Below, piece after piece: positions 27,156 to 40,200 of a stretch of 64,000 bases of DNA. Both the position numbers and the translations under genes were made by a program. The notes under the pieces were generated by a model. It was not told where the DNA came from. It ran no database searches and saw nothing but the letters and a program-made list of their open reading frames with translations. The stretch is from Octopus sinensis. Lineage: Eukaryota. Position 1 is the first letter of the stretch. The number at the start of each line of letters is the position of its first letter. Location: the NCBI RefSeq assembly GCF_006345805.1, contig NC_042997.1, forward strand, positions 38,812,001-38,876,000. Reading direction: 5' to 3'.

Positions 27156-28045
27156 GAATCATCAAACGAAAAATGCAAACCAATAAGCAAACACATGCTT
27201 GAAGACCCTATCAACACCAAGAAATATAAAAATACCATTAAATCGAGTTATAGTAGTTCTCACTTGATAATCGCATTATCGTAAAACACGAATCATAAGA
27301 CAAGGATTCAGTTTCAATAAATGATATATATTATAGCATATATTGATCACCACTCAATGGTTAAGAAATTTGCTTCGCAATCGTAAGGTCCAGTGTTTGA
27401 TCCAACTATGTGGATCAAGATGCCATGCAGTAGTGTTGACCCATACTTATTAGCTGGATCTCCGTCGTTCCACGATGAGAATTCAGTTATTAAAACTTCT
27501 GGATTAACACGTAAGTGGCTGAGCATTCCATAGACAGGTGTACTCTTACGAGGCAGGATCAGCGTAGCGCCGTGTGTGACAAGTTTGTACCATTTGAATT
27601 AAAGGGAATTATAGGGTTAAACAAAAACATTTTGGATAGAACAAGTAGAGAGCTGCCCATGGGACTTGATACCTCATCTTCTTTAAACCTGACAGACCTT
27701 CTACCATTTGACCAAAGCAATTGTTCGAATATGTCAATGCATTTTAGAAACTTCATTCTTCGAGCAAGAACCGTATGTTTTTGACGTCTTCAGAGAAAGC
27801 GATATAATTATTTTTCGGAACAGTGAGACTCGAAGCAGATAATGCTATAAATATTATCCTGTAAATATTATTTATAAATTTATCAGCTTGAAGTATCACT
27901 GCTCCAAATGCGAATTATTTTACGTTCCCTCGAAGTTTCTAACTTCTTATGTTGTCAACCTATACACACACGCACACACACATATACATATCACACACAT
28001 ACATAAATAAATGAATACATATATATATATATACATATACTCATA

Positions 28046-28231
28046 CGTGGGGGTGATTAAAAGTTCCTGGCTTTAAGGCTTTAAGAGTTCTTTTGCAGGA
28101 CTTTGAAAAACTGAAGAACCACTGCAAAAAGTGTGTGAATCTGAGAGGAGAATATCTTGGATAAGATCATAATTAACTGATCCTCCTGTATTTTCTTTAA
28201 CCAAAGCAAGGAACTGTTCATCACCCCCTCG
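28046..28231 (+). mobile_element. Mariner-derived MITE
   Basis: TIRs CG(T/A)GGGGGTGAT..A.AGTTCCT.GCTTT; the interior keeps the transposase C-terminus KLKNHCKKCVNLRGEYLG*. Confidence 0.8.
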
Positions 28232-28252
28232 CACATGCATGTATAAATATAT

Positions 28253-28303
<51 letters not shown>

Positions 28304-28316
28304 TATATATATACAC

Positions 28317-28388
<72 letters not shown>

Positions 28389-28391
<3 letters not shown>

Positions 28392-28600
28392 TTATCCAAA
28401 CAAGAAAGCACAAAAAACACAACAACGCGAGGACGTGGAACAAATATAGTATTATTAATAAGGAAAGAAGGAAGGTTTAACGTTTCGAGCGGAGCTCTTC
28501 GTCGGAAACATAGGAGAAGGAAAGATCCAGAGAAGGGAAGACAGAGGAAAATAAATCGCCAACGGTACACACGAGGTCACATTTTGAAAGACCGGAAGGA
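28389..28600 (-). mobile_element. Short (TA)n-embedded element with a minimal hammerhead motif
   Basis: The minus strand at 28475-28509 reads gttt-CCGACGA-a-GAGC-tcc-GCTC-GAA-ACGT-T-aaac. Confidence 0.7.
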
Positions 28601-28615
28601 AATATATATACTATA

Positions 28616-28658
<43 letters not shown>

Positions 28659-28667
28659 TATATATAT

Positions 28668-28706
<39 letters not shown>

Positions 28707-28709
<3 letters not shown>

Positions 28710-29045
28710 CAGTTAGAGGTTATGATATCCTCATGAAGGAATGGTATCATCCAAGGAAAATACTGGTTCAATACCTTATATTTTGGGGAAGTCAGCTGTG
28801 ATGAATCTACAAACAACCATACAAAACATCTAAGGGTATATTTTTCCCTCTGAGGAGATTATACTCAAAATATGAACTTAATATTTAATCAATTTCACTG
28901 TGTTTAATTCAAACAGCTGTAAAGGATGATGATCGATTAGTTGTTGATAATATATCCTTATTACCTTCAAAATCTCCATTTTCTTCGTCTTTATATATAA
29001 ATGAGATAAAGTTACTTTAGCATTTCTACCTAGTTTATTTCCTTA
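28707..29045 (+). mobile_element. Short (TA)n-embedded element with a degenerate hammerhead motif
   Basis: 28846-28925 reads ccct-CTGAGGA...ttc-AAA-CAGCTG-TA-aagg; the last ~45 bp recur inverted at 29252-29298. Confidence 0.55.
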
Positions 29046-29047
29046 TA

Positions 29048-29089
<42 letters not shown>

Positions 29090-29298
29090 TATATATATAA
29101 GCGGTGGTGCCCCAGCATGGCCGCGGCCTTCGGGCTAAAACATTTTTAAGGATTTAAGGATATACACACACACACACACACACCACACACACACACACAC
29201 TATATATATATATATAATATATATATATCTATATATATATATATATATATATAAGGAAAATAAAACTAGGTAGAAAATGCTGAAGTAACTTTATCTCA

Positions 29299-30270
29299 CG
29301 GCTTTCGTCACGCCGTTTGGCTTATTTCAGTTCAGGGTCATGCCCTTCGGGTTACATAATGCCCCCGCGACTTTCCAGAGACCTTAGTAACAGAAGTAAT
29401 GAGCAATTCGCATGTTACCTTGATGACTTATGCCTATATGACATGGATTGGGAAGTCATTGTAGAAATTTGAGAGAAATCTTCGCTAAATTGGAAGCCGC
29501 TGTGTTAACCATCACTTTGCCAAAATGCGAGTTTGGTAAAGCCTAGATTACTTATCTAGGATATACAGTATGACAGGGTAAGGTCGTACCGAAGAAGGCT
29601 AATGTAAAAGCCATATCAGATTTTTCGCGACCCACGAAAAAACGTCAGATCAAACGATTTTTGGGAATGATTTGTTTTTACTGTAAGTTCGAGAAAAAGT
29701 TTCTCTGTTATTGCAGAACCGTTGAAAAATTTATAAAAAGAAAGTCCCAAAGTGGTCATCAGAGTGTGAAACAGCTTTTGAGAAACTTAAGTCGGTTTTA
29801 CAAAATTCCCCGGTTTTAAAAGCGCTTTAATTTGAGAAACCGTTCTCATTGATGACTGACGCCTCCGATGTAGGTACTGGCGCGGTTTTGTTACAAGCAT
29901 GACAAACAGGAGTAGATTGTCCAGAGGCATACTTTTCTAGGAAGTTTAATTCTTGTCAGAAGAATTACTCTACCATCGAGAAAGAGCGTTTAGCTCTTGT
30001 GTGGGCAGTTCAGCTCTTTCAAATTTATATAGGTTCAAATCCCTCCACTGTCTACACATACCACAATCCCTTAGTCTTCATTAATAAGGTGAAAGGCACA
30101 AATCAGAAGATTCTGATTCCGAGGTGGAGCTTATACCAGCAACAATTTAGTTTGAATATTTGTCATATCGCAGGAAATGCTAATTTACTTGCAGATGCAC
30201 TATCCAAGTGTTAGCATTTATCATGTATATAGCTTGTATAAATTCGGTTTATGACTACCAGGTTGTAACA
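29299..30270 (+). mobile_element. Ty3/Gypsy pol fragment (RT-RNase H), Gmr1-like
   Basis: [59 protein letters not shown] followed by a stop; ends TGTAACA before (TA)n. Confidence 0.9.
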
Positions 30271-30294
30271 ATATATATATATATATAATATATA

Positions 30295-30371
<77 letters not shown>

Positions 30372-30413
30372 ATGTATGTACGTATGTATGTGTATATGTA
30401 TGTATAAATATAT

Positions 30414-30494
<81 letters not shown>

Positions 30495-30605
30495 TTATAT
30501 ATATATTTATATATAATTTTCTTATATAGGCGCAGGAATGGCTGCGTGGTAAGTAGCTTATAGGTGCAGGAGTGGCTGTGTGGTAGGTAGCTAGCTAACA
30601 TATTG

Positions 30606-30837
30606 AAGGCAGCGAGCTGGCAGAAACGTTAGCGCGCCGGGCGAAATGCTTAGCGGTATTTCGTCTGCCGCTACGTTCTGAGTTCAAATTCCGCCGAGGT
30701 CGACTTTGCCTTTCATCCTTTCGGGGTCGATTAAATAAGTACAGTTACGCTCTGGGGTCGATGTAATCGACTTAATCCGTTTGTCTGTCCTTGTTCGTCC
30801 TCTCTGTGTTTAGCCCCTTGTGGGTAGTAAAGAAATA
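30606..30837 (+). mobile_element. SINE family C1 (Nin-domain-like core)
   Basis: B box GAGTTCAAATTCC, core GCCTTTCATCCTTTCGGGGTCGATTAAATAAGTAC, tail ...TGTGGGTAGTAAAGAAATA; flanking repeat GGTAGGTAGCTAGCT; inserted in a SINE A head. Confidence 0.85.
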
Positions 30838-31100
30838 GGTAGGTAGCTAGCTTACTTCCGCACATGCGCATTGGTGGTTTGCTTCAACACTTCGAGAAGG
30901 ACATGAGCTACTGTGCTCATAATTTTCATAATTTTTAAACTTTCTTATAGGTATAATTTGCAGATCCTGTTATCATGCCTATAAGATGGTGCTGAAAAGA
31001 GAATTTTCCAAGAAATCGAGTAATCTATATTGCTTTTTTCAGTTGCCAAACCATTTTAGATAGGCCTGTGCTATTTTCTTTTCTATGGTCATTAAAGGAT

Positions 31101-31266
31101 GGTCTTTGATTATTTTATCTCAGTTTAAAAGATTTTGTGTACATCCAATGTAAGTAAATTTTGAGAGATTATGGGTAATAATTGTTGCTTAGTATAATCT
31201 CTCGAAATTTATTCACATTGGATGTACACACAATCCTTTTAAATTAAGATTAAATAATCATAGATC
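31101..31266. repeat. Fold-back inverted repeat (arms about 70 bp, 21-nt loop)
   Basis: 31101-31172 pairs imperfectly with 31194-31266. Confidence 0.8.
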
Positions 31267-31563
31267 ATGTGCATACGAAGAGTTTTATAATATTTTCACA
31301 TTCTTTACTCTTTATTAGTATCATTACTATCTTTATCTTTTCTTTATAATTTTTACAACTAGCTCTAAAGTTCTTTTCTACTTTTATATTAGCACCGTTT
31401 AATATTTAATAGATTATGCATTATATTTCATATTTCAATTATTACTTATATTGTTATTACATTTACGTATGTCATATGATATTAATATTATTATACAACT
31501 GTATAGAGATGTACATATGTGATTATACACCTGCATATCCTAACATATGTTTGTATATAAATA

Positions 31564-31608
<45 letters not shown>

Positions 31609-31699
31609 TATAATATATATATATATATATGTATGTATGTGTGTATGTACGTATGTGTGCAGATATGCATGTATATGTGTGTGTATTTATGTATATGTA

Positions 31700-31759
<60 letters not shown>

Positions 31760-31807
31760 ATATATATGCGTATGTATATGTGTGTATGTATATATATATA
31801 TATATAT

Positions 31808-31992
31808 AGTGAGAATTTACACAAAAAAACAAAAGACGAAGAAAGGTGTGTATACAAGAAACAGATGTATTAGTTTAACGCTCAGGAAGTGAGAAAGTCT
31901 TTTCCGTTTTGTACCTACGCTCTTCGACAGAAAAGAACACAGAAAGAAATAAGGAGAGAAAATAGAAAAAAATTTAGTGGATAGCGATCTAT
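31808..31992 (-). mobile_element. Second copy of the 26785-26968 element
   Basis: Colinear similarity along its length; hammerhead-like motif more decayed. Confidence 0.75.
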
Positions 31993-34465
31993 ATGCATAT
32001 ATAAAAGCGAGAGTGGGGAAAGAGAGCAGAAACGTCTCTACCTTCCCTTTGTAGGAAGACAAGCACTCATCTCCCTTATTTTGTAGTCTTGCGTTCTTTC
32101 TTGGATGGGATGACGATTAGATCGATCACTTTATCAGTTATTTGTGGGCTGGTGGATGGATGTACGCGTGTGTGGGATCATCGTCTTAGAAATGAATGTA
32201 TTTTAATGTGCTAGATATATAATCTAACATATAGATATAGATCTGATGAAGAATGTTGCTATCAAAATGTTTTAAATTGATAAACATAGTCGCTAACTAT
32301 ATCACTTTTACATTCCTATCCCTAATTTCTCACAACTACATATCTAAAATACATGTCATATTTTTGAAAAGATAAATTATGAACAAAGTATGCATAAAGG
32401 TCGCATATATTTTTGTCTTGAAAGCACCTCTTCTATTTGAATGATTAATATAGTAATTGATCACAGTTATCATATCAGGTATTCTCCATTGCTTTTCTAA
32501 TAGTTAGTATTACAGTTCATAAAGGCAACAAAACCTTAAAACGTATACCTTATAGAGTCAAGATATTTCTTTAAGGTAATTAGCTAATATAATCTATTTG
32601 TTAGTAAATAGTTTCAATTATAAACTAGACCAATTATATATCTATGCAAATATATTTAAACTTATATATTCCATTTATGATGTTCACCTAGGAATTACTT
32701 GAAGAAACTAATTAATATATAACTAAAATGTTACAAAACGAATGTACTTCGTAGATGATAAGCCGTTGAAATTTTCAATAGATTTAGTATCTGTCCTATC
32801 GAAATACACGGTTTTACTTTCTCATTTACAATACCATGACATAAATACGATTTCATTCAATAATACTATATGGTTTGACTGCAAACAACAATGATATCGC
32901 ATTTAGAAACAAAGCCGTGTTGCGAATAATTGAACTATATTTCACGGGAAAAGACAGTAAAATGAATATGATAACCTCAGAACATGGACTGAATTAGTAA
33001 TATCTTCTGCATATCATGGGCTTCACTTAACTGGCAATTTTATATCGAAGACACAAATTGTAGCCATTCAGTATAATGAGGATAAGGTAATATAAGTTAA
33101 TTATATTACAATGACAAGAAGACTACGTATAAGTTTTAGATTAGCCTTACCAGTACGTTTGAAAACGATAATCATGTTTATAGAAAATACTTGCAAAATT
33201 TTATTCGACATTTTCCAGATTTCTTATAACAAGACTTTTGCTTAATGCAAAGGATCTAATCAACTTTTTCATACTATTACGTACTTATATCTATAAACAC
33301 ATAAACATAACTTATGATTCCAAAACTTATTCTGCAACACGGAATTTTGTCAGCGAACAGGTCGCGGCCTGAAAGCGACGAAAATATGTTGGCAAATTAA
33401 ATTTAAATGTTGAGGTGAATTTAACGGTTTTTTGTGTGTTTCTTAAATGGCTTATAAACACCTTCCACGCTGCAATTGTTTTCGTTCCAGCACACGATCT
33501 CAGATCGGGTCACTTGCTATGCAAGTACATCTCTGTAAACTAATATTCTTCTCTTTTAGAAACTAATAAATGCATCCCCGACACACACATAAAAAATCGA
33601 AGCTCTTTCAAGATATCTTTCAATTTGATTCTATATATTTCCCAGAACATTTTCTGTCTTCTGTAAAGTGCATCACAAAAGACAGGTAGTTATTGAAAAA
33701 CAATTGTTGACAAATTTAACTTATCAGACCGTAATCTTGAATCTGCTGTTTGCACACACCTTTTGTATTCTCATTTAATCCATCTATGTGCCTTGCACAG
33801 CTAATTTCGGTCAAAGGGATTAGCATTAGTAGTTCTTTTAGTGATATATGGCAAAACAATGCCCAGAACATGACAAACCTCTAACAGAATAAGTTCTTGA
33901 ACAACTGGCACTTCAATACCTAGCGATCAACAACAAATTATATTGTGAAGTGTGTACTGTTTTTGTACTGTCAGACAAAACGTTGCATCGCCTAATATCC
34001 TGCTTTTTATGCACTGTTTGCAAGTGGGTAATCAATTTTCAATGCTTCATTACTTCATTTAACATATAAGTTACGTTGTTTACTGCTGATTACTTTGCAT
34101 TTATATAATCTGTACACCGGATAGCTGTTTACATTTGATGATCTTTGAATCATAAATTAACTTTAGTTTCAAAATTTATCGTGACATTTTTATCATGAAA
34201 TTAAATGAAGACACTAACTCAGCATACAGTCAACAATTGAAAAATAGAAACGTATTATTATCTTCCCACAAGATTGATTGCAGTATTTAATCGCAAATAT
34301 TAAATTTCAGCTGAAAAATTGTATCTAATGTAAATGGGATTAATTATTTTATCAAATTTCATTGAAATTTATATGAATTTAATTCTATTAAGTATCAGTA
34401 CAATTATTTAATTTCAATTTTTTCTGTTTACCTAGGTTTCTTAATTGCAATAAAAAAAAATTCTG

Positions 34466-34602
34466 TCAAGTTGCTAATACATAAACGACAAAGGGTATGA
34501 CAATCCTGGCAATATTCGAACTCGAATGCACTTCTAGACGGGCTCTTGTAGGTTTAGTAGCAGCACCACCTCCATTCACATGAGGAATGCTCCTAGTAAA
34601 AA
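34466..34602 (-). CDS. Candidate last coding exon of a nested gene with a GPI-signal-like C-terminus
   Basis: GC-richer island in AT-rich unique DNA; branch-like GACTAAC and acceptor cttatcag; phase 1 reads FTRSIPHVNGGGAATKPTRARLEVHSSSNIARIVIPFVVYVLAT*. Confidence 0.5.
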
Positions 34603-34741
34603 CTGATAAGTAGATTTTGTAAATTTGTTAGTCAATGTTTCTCCCTTTTTTATATTTTTTTTTTCCAATTGTAAATTTTTGTAAAATTATGAAATATTTC
34701 AACTTTTCATTTGTTTGTGTTTTAACTGAAAATGAACAGTA

Positions 34742-34958
34742 TTTTTTCTACTATGGGTACAAGGCCTGAAATTAGTTGGGAGGGGGGGGCAGTCGATTAG
34801 ATCTACCTCAGTACGCAACTGGTACTTAATTTACTGACCCGGAAAGGATAAAAGGCTTAGTCGACCTAGGCGGAATTTGAACTCAGAACGTAAAGCCAGA
34901 CGAAATAAGGCTAAGCATTTCGCCTGGCATGCTAACGATTCTGCCAGCTCGCCGCCTT
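34742..34958 (-). mobile_element. SINE family C2 (same head and core as C1, different tail)
   Basis: Tail ...TTTCAGGCCTTGTACCCATAGTAGAAA; ~13-bp TSD GAAAA(T/G)GAACAGT. Confidence 0.85.
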
Positions 34959-37657
34959 GAAAAGGAACAGTGTTATCGTTAAAAACATTCTGGTCGAGAC
35001 ATTTCTAATTAATTTGTATGATTGATTTGCTTTTAAGTGGCGTTTAAATTTATCAGCATATCTCTATTTAGAAACCTTAGTTTTAAATCTCGATGAGATG
35101 CTTTTAAGATGTGTCACAAAGTGGCTGGAAAATACTAACACTGTTTTTTGCTTTGATAATATAGTTTTGCAAAACCATTGCTTTTCTCTCTTGATGTAAT
35201 ACTGAACATCAATGAAATAAAGTGACGATTGTACATCTGAATAACAATATTTTAACTGTGTAACGCAAGGGTGAAGAAACACCACTATATTTGCTAATTT
35301 TATGAGACCTTTGAGACCCTTAAATATGCCCTCTGCGAAAAGCATGGATTTTCTTTTATAAATACATTTGTATTTATTCCGTTTTTCTTAAATTCTTGAG
35401 AATCATCAAACTATCAACTTGCATTTTAATTTCCTATTTTAATGTTTCTGATTACATTTTCACAATAAATGTACTTAGATCATTTTTATATATTTTAACT
35501 CGACCTTCAGATTACAAAACATTGGCTTTTTGTCCCTGTTCAAATGGGTAAAAACACGAATAATATGCTTATTGCAGTTAATAATAAAATGCATGTTTCG
35601 GTGATATTCCCCCCGAATGTATCAGCACACACACATGTATATATGAGTCATTCTTATCAAGTTCACTTTGTAGAGGAAATTAAAGATTTCATTCAATATT
35701 GTCAGAGTATGGAAATGTTTATCCTTGCCCAGGTTCAATTGTAGAATTGAAGCCACATTGCTACTTAACGAAACACTCTTTATTGAATTCCCTATCCTAA
35801 ACGTCATAGCGTTTTAAATCTCATAGCAACAGAAACAACATTATCAGTGATAAAGTAGGAATTGGTAGACGTTTGAGATAACACATTAATGGTAAAAGAA
35901 GATAAATGGTATTCGAATCTTTAGACTATGAGCTACGCAAGCATTAATTCGCTCTCACTATATTCTTTCTTTCATAAACATTTATTCTCTCGACAAATTC
36001 AGTAACTTTTAAATTAGAATGCTATTATATACTTCTCTTTTCTGGGAGGCATTTTCTCACAAAATGACTACTTATTTTAAAACCAACACTACAAGAGTAT
36101 CGTCTACAAGTGCTAAACAGGAACGAAGAACAGTTGTTCGTGCAGGTGAACTTGACACTCGGCTTCTACCTGACTTTTATACAATCTCCTTGAACATTGT
36201 AGCATATAGAAGTAGTACATAGTAATACTGGTAAATGACGTTATTGCGTTCATAAATTGTGCCTTCCATCGCTTATTTTACTTCACTACTTACCAAGAGT
36301 TTACATCGGTTATTTGACAGATGAAGCGCTGTGTACTGTCAAGTACCAACCGTTCAGAGAGATACAGTAATTATAGTGAATTCTGTTGGTTAATGAGTAC
36401 GATCCAATTTATATTTCTTTAAATGTTATAATGTTTGTGTGATATATTTGGCGCCATACTAATTGTACTACAGTAAACGGTTAAAAAGTTCAATTCACGA
36501 TCTCGAGGTCTCGGGATAGGCATACTGTATGACATCTTACGCATGTTTCTACTATAACCTCTGATTGACCCAAGTCATGTGTGAGTGAAATTTGGTCGAT
36601 AGAATATGTGCTGCATACCGTTTGACAGATTGTGCTTATAATGCAAAGGCCTAGCTTTGACACATAATGTTTCTCAGATTCTCTTAAAGGATTCCATGCA
36701 TCTGCAATGCTCAACTACTTGCACGTAATTCAATGACTAGGCAGTCCTGTTGATGGAGCAACTGAATACTCATCATTGAAACCGACACATTCACTTACAA
36801 TTTTCTTAACTATACCACAGTAACTGTAGACCTTTTTTCACTAAAGAATTTTGGCATTCCGTAGCCCATTATTTATATGAATGAAAACGCATAATAATGT
36901 CCCTACCGTAGCATTTACACACAGGACAGTTCCTTCACAACCAAATTTATATACGTAAACTATCAAACCAAAATAAGAACTACATCAGACTATTACACGA
37001 GGTTAACTTTTATTCCAGTATATACGGTATTTCTGTATGCTTATATATTGTGTCCGCACGCGCATGCGTTTGTGTATCTGTCTGCCAGTCTGTGTATGTT
37101 TGTGTATGTATATTGCATATATGTAAATGTGTATATCTGTGTGTGTAAAAGACGAAGATATGAATGCAGATGTATTAATATTCCTTTCGATAATTAATTT
37201 GCAGCCGTGTATTTTTTTTACTTTTTACTTTATCATTAAATTGTCATACAATGTTTTGAAATCCTTCTAGCAGTTGATAATTCTTTGCAAAAACTTTAGA
37301 TCCGTCATGTAAAGGCAGTTGTTGACTGACTTATTGTGTTCTCTGTATCGATATCTTGCGTCATTTAACAGCTTAGTGAGGAAGTGGTGAGAGATTTACA
37401 AAAGCGAGGAGTTGATAGAGAATCACCTTGAAAAATGCGCAGTTCATATCGATGCCGCCAACATTCACAGAATATGTCTAAGAATTTAATATCAAGATTG
37501 TCATTCAAAGCTTCATACTATTTGGCAGAAAATTATAAATAAATGTAGACATTTGATACACGCCCAAGCATTTCTCAATTCAGCTACGTGGAAGGTTACC
37601 AAACGCTTTTGTTGTTGTTTTTGTTGTGGTTGTTCTTAAAATTATTATTATCATTAT

Positions 37658-40019
37658 TCCGTAGTTTTATTTTTATATCGTGCTTTCACTTCACTACCGA
37701 GCGCAGCTCTGTGTGCCTTGGGTATGTGCTGTGATTTGTTGTGATGCTCTGATGGTTATTGTATGAAAATTGTTCTGCGCAGTATGTGTGCAGTGCCTAG
37801 TAGTGCAATTTTCTGTATGTTATATGTGTTTGTAAGTCCTGGTGTTTTTGTTATGTATTTGTCTGAATATTTTTTTATCATGCCTAATGCACCTACTATG
37901 ATAGGAATTGTTTCTGTTTTTAGATTCCACATTCTGGTCACCTCTATTTCCAGGTCTTTGTATTTTGAAAGTTTCTCCATTTCTTTTAGAGACACGTTGT
38001 CATCTGCCGGTATTGATACATCAAGTAGAAAGCATTTTTTTTCTTCATGATCTCTGACAACTATATCTGGTCTGTTGGCCTTAATTTCTCTATCTGTGTG
38101 TATCGGCATATCCCAGAGTATGGTTGCTTTCTCGTTTTCTGTGACCTTTTCTGGTGTGTGCCTATACCATCTTTTTTCTGTTGTTATTCCATAATGTTGG
38201 TATAGCTTCCAATGTATGTAGGTTCCAACTCTGTCATGTCTGTGAATACATTCCTTCTTAGCCAGGACTGGGCAGCTAGAGATAATATAATTTATTGTTT
38301 CTTGTCCATTTCCACATATTCTGCAGTTACTTGTTATATTTCTTTAAATTACATGTTTTTGGTAATTTCTGTTGGGGAGGCTTTGGTCTTGTGCTGCAAT
38401 TAAAAATCCCTCTGTCTCTGCTTTGAGTCCTGAGCTTCTCAACCATTGCTGGGATTTTTCTTTGTCTATTTCTTTTGCATTTAGTTTAGTCCAGTATTTA
38501 CCATGAAGGGGCTTTTCTTGCCATCGTTTTATCATGGTTCGTTGCTGTTCTATTTTTAGTTTGGATTTCATTTGTTTTATAGCTTTTGTTGTTTCTTTAT
38601 CTTCTTCTTCCTCCTCTAATAGGTGGTATTCTTGTTTGTATTTGTCAGCTTCCTTAAATACTGAGAACAGTTTTTTGTTTTGCTCGTGTATTGCCGCTAT
38701 TTGTATCAGTTTTCCTTCCTTCTGAAGTAGATATTTTTGTAGTCCTATGGTGGTTATTTTATAGTAGTTTTCCAGCAGTATAAGGCCTCTACCACCTTCT
38801 ATACCTTGTATATATAGTCTTTTTATGTCAGATTTTGGGTGATGCATCCTAGATCCTGTCATTATTTTTCTTGTTTTCCTATCTATTTAGGTCAGTTCAT
38901 TTAGTGTCCAGGTTTATGCTGTTTATAATTGATGTTGTTGTTTCGTCTATTTTGATTTTTGGGAGGTATGGTCGGTGGTCCATTTTGAGCTCTGTGGTTT
39001 TCAGTCCTTTGATTATTTTACTTTTTAAATTATCATAATCATTAGGCTCCCCTTCGTTGTTTCCAGGTTTTAGATTTGTGTCGCTTTCTTTCTTATTTAT
39101 ATGTTTGTTTGCCGTGTTTTGGCTTGGTGTTTGTCGTGTGTTATTATGCATCCTTACGGTCTGGGTTTGTTGTTTTTTGTTTACATGGTGTTTGTTGGGG
39201 ATGTTATGTTTGTCTTCGTGTTTTACTGTTTCAGTGTTTATATTATTGGGCATTGTTGTGTGGCTTCTATCTATATTTTCCTGGTGTATTTTTTTTCTTT
39301 TAGATGTTCTATTTCTATTTCTGATATTTTTTTGCGTTGAGAATGTATCTTCGTACGTTGGCTAGTTTATTAGGGTTCATTGCTGTATCCAAGTCTATAT
39401 TTATGTTATTTTCCTTCCATATTTTATATGTATGTGTTGTTGTATTTTCATTTTGTGGGTAGAGCACTGCTGTGAAGTATGCGTGTAGGATAGAAATGTA
39501 TTCCTCACGTGTCCATTTATGTCTTTTGGGTTTTATTTGCGGGACATGAGGAACAACGTCCGGCCCATTATTTTGACGGTCGTCATTTTCGTAGGGTACG
39601 GTCCGTTCATTTCTGTTGTCACATTATTTCGCACGTGTAGTTTTTCGTACATTTTGTGTTGTAAGTTTAAAGTACGTACCTCCCGATTGTTATTCTTGGG
39701 CTGAATAATATCGGTGGTATTTAATTTCTTCGTAGTTCCTTTGTACATGGTGTTTGGGGTCGGGGATGATCTGGTGTTGATGGATTGTAATGTATCACGC
39801 ATGTTTACATGTGTTGTGTTAGAGGTGGAGATGATATCGAGTCAAAATACATCATTTCGTTTCGAAAATAGTAATAAATTTTTATGAGTATTACTTACTC
39901 GGATACAGTCCAATCCTTTGTTAGTAAATCTTTGGCTCCATACAATGTCCTTGTTTTCGATGTTTGTGGATAGATTTCGGAGCTCTGTTTTATCGTTCTT
40001 ACATCTTAAACGTCCCCCG
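37658..40019 (-). mobile_element. R4/Dong-clade non-LTR element with both ends but the RT domain deleted, inside (TAA)n
   Basis: N-terminal KWTREEYISIL...; C-terminal RLY...GGRGL, KPLHGKY, AAQDQ and RLE NRPDIV...LLDVSIP...EKLSKYKDL; TTA repeats on both flanks. Confidence 0.9.
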
Positions 40020-40020
40020 T

Positions 40021-40126
40021 TGTTATTATTATTATTATTATTATCATTATTATTATTATTATTTTTAGTATTATCATTATCATTATTATTATTATATTAT
40101 TATCATTATTATTATTGTTATTATTA

Positions 40127-40184
<58 letters not shown>

Positions 40185-40200
40185 CATTGTTATTATTATT
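40021..40200. repeat. (TTA)n microsatellite
   Basis: Direct reading. Confidence 0.97.

Noticed and set aside
17870-27790. Scattered traces resembling very old Penelope RT/endonuclease (about 17.9-18.8, 19.9-24.0, 24.9-26.2 and 27.6-27.8 kb)
   Set aside because: Only faint motif echoes (e.g. SPMGSSL, KSVIYK); boundaries cannot be defended.
34436-34500. Strong + strand acceptor (ttttttctgtttacctag) as a GPCR exon
   Set aside because: The phase-1 frame stops at 34498 with no phase-1 donor before it.
36294-36345. Minus-strand gtaagt donor with a short upstream frame (TQRFICQ...)
   Set aside because: No acceptor/phase combination fits the other candidate exons convincingly.
39830-40019. HDV-like ribozyme at the R4/Dong 5' end
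   Set aside because: No nested double-pseudoknot pairing could be found by eye.
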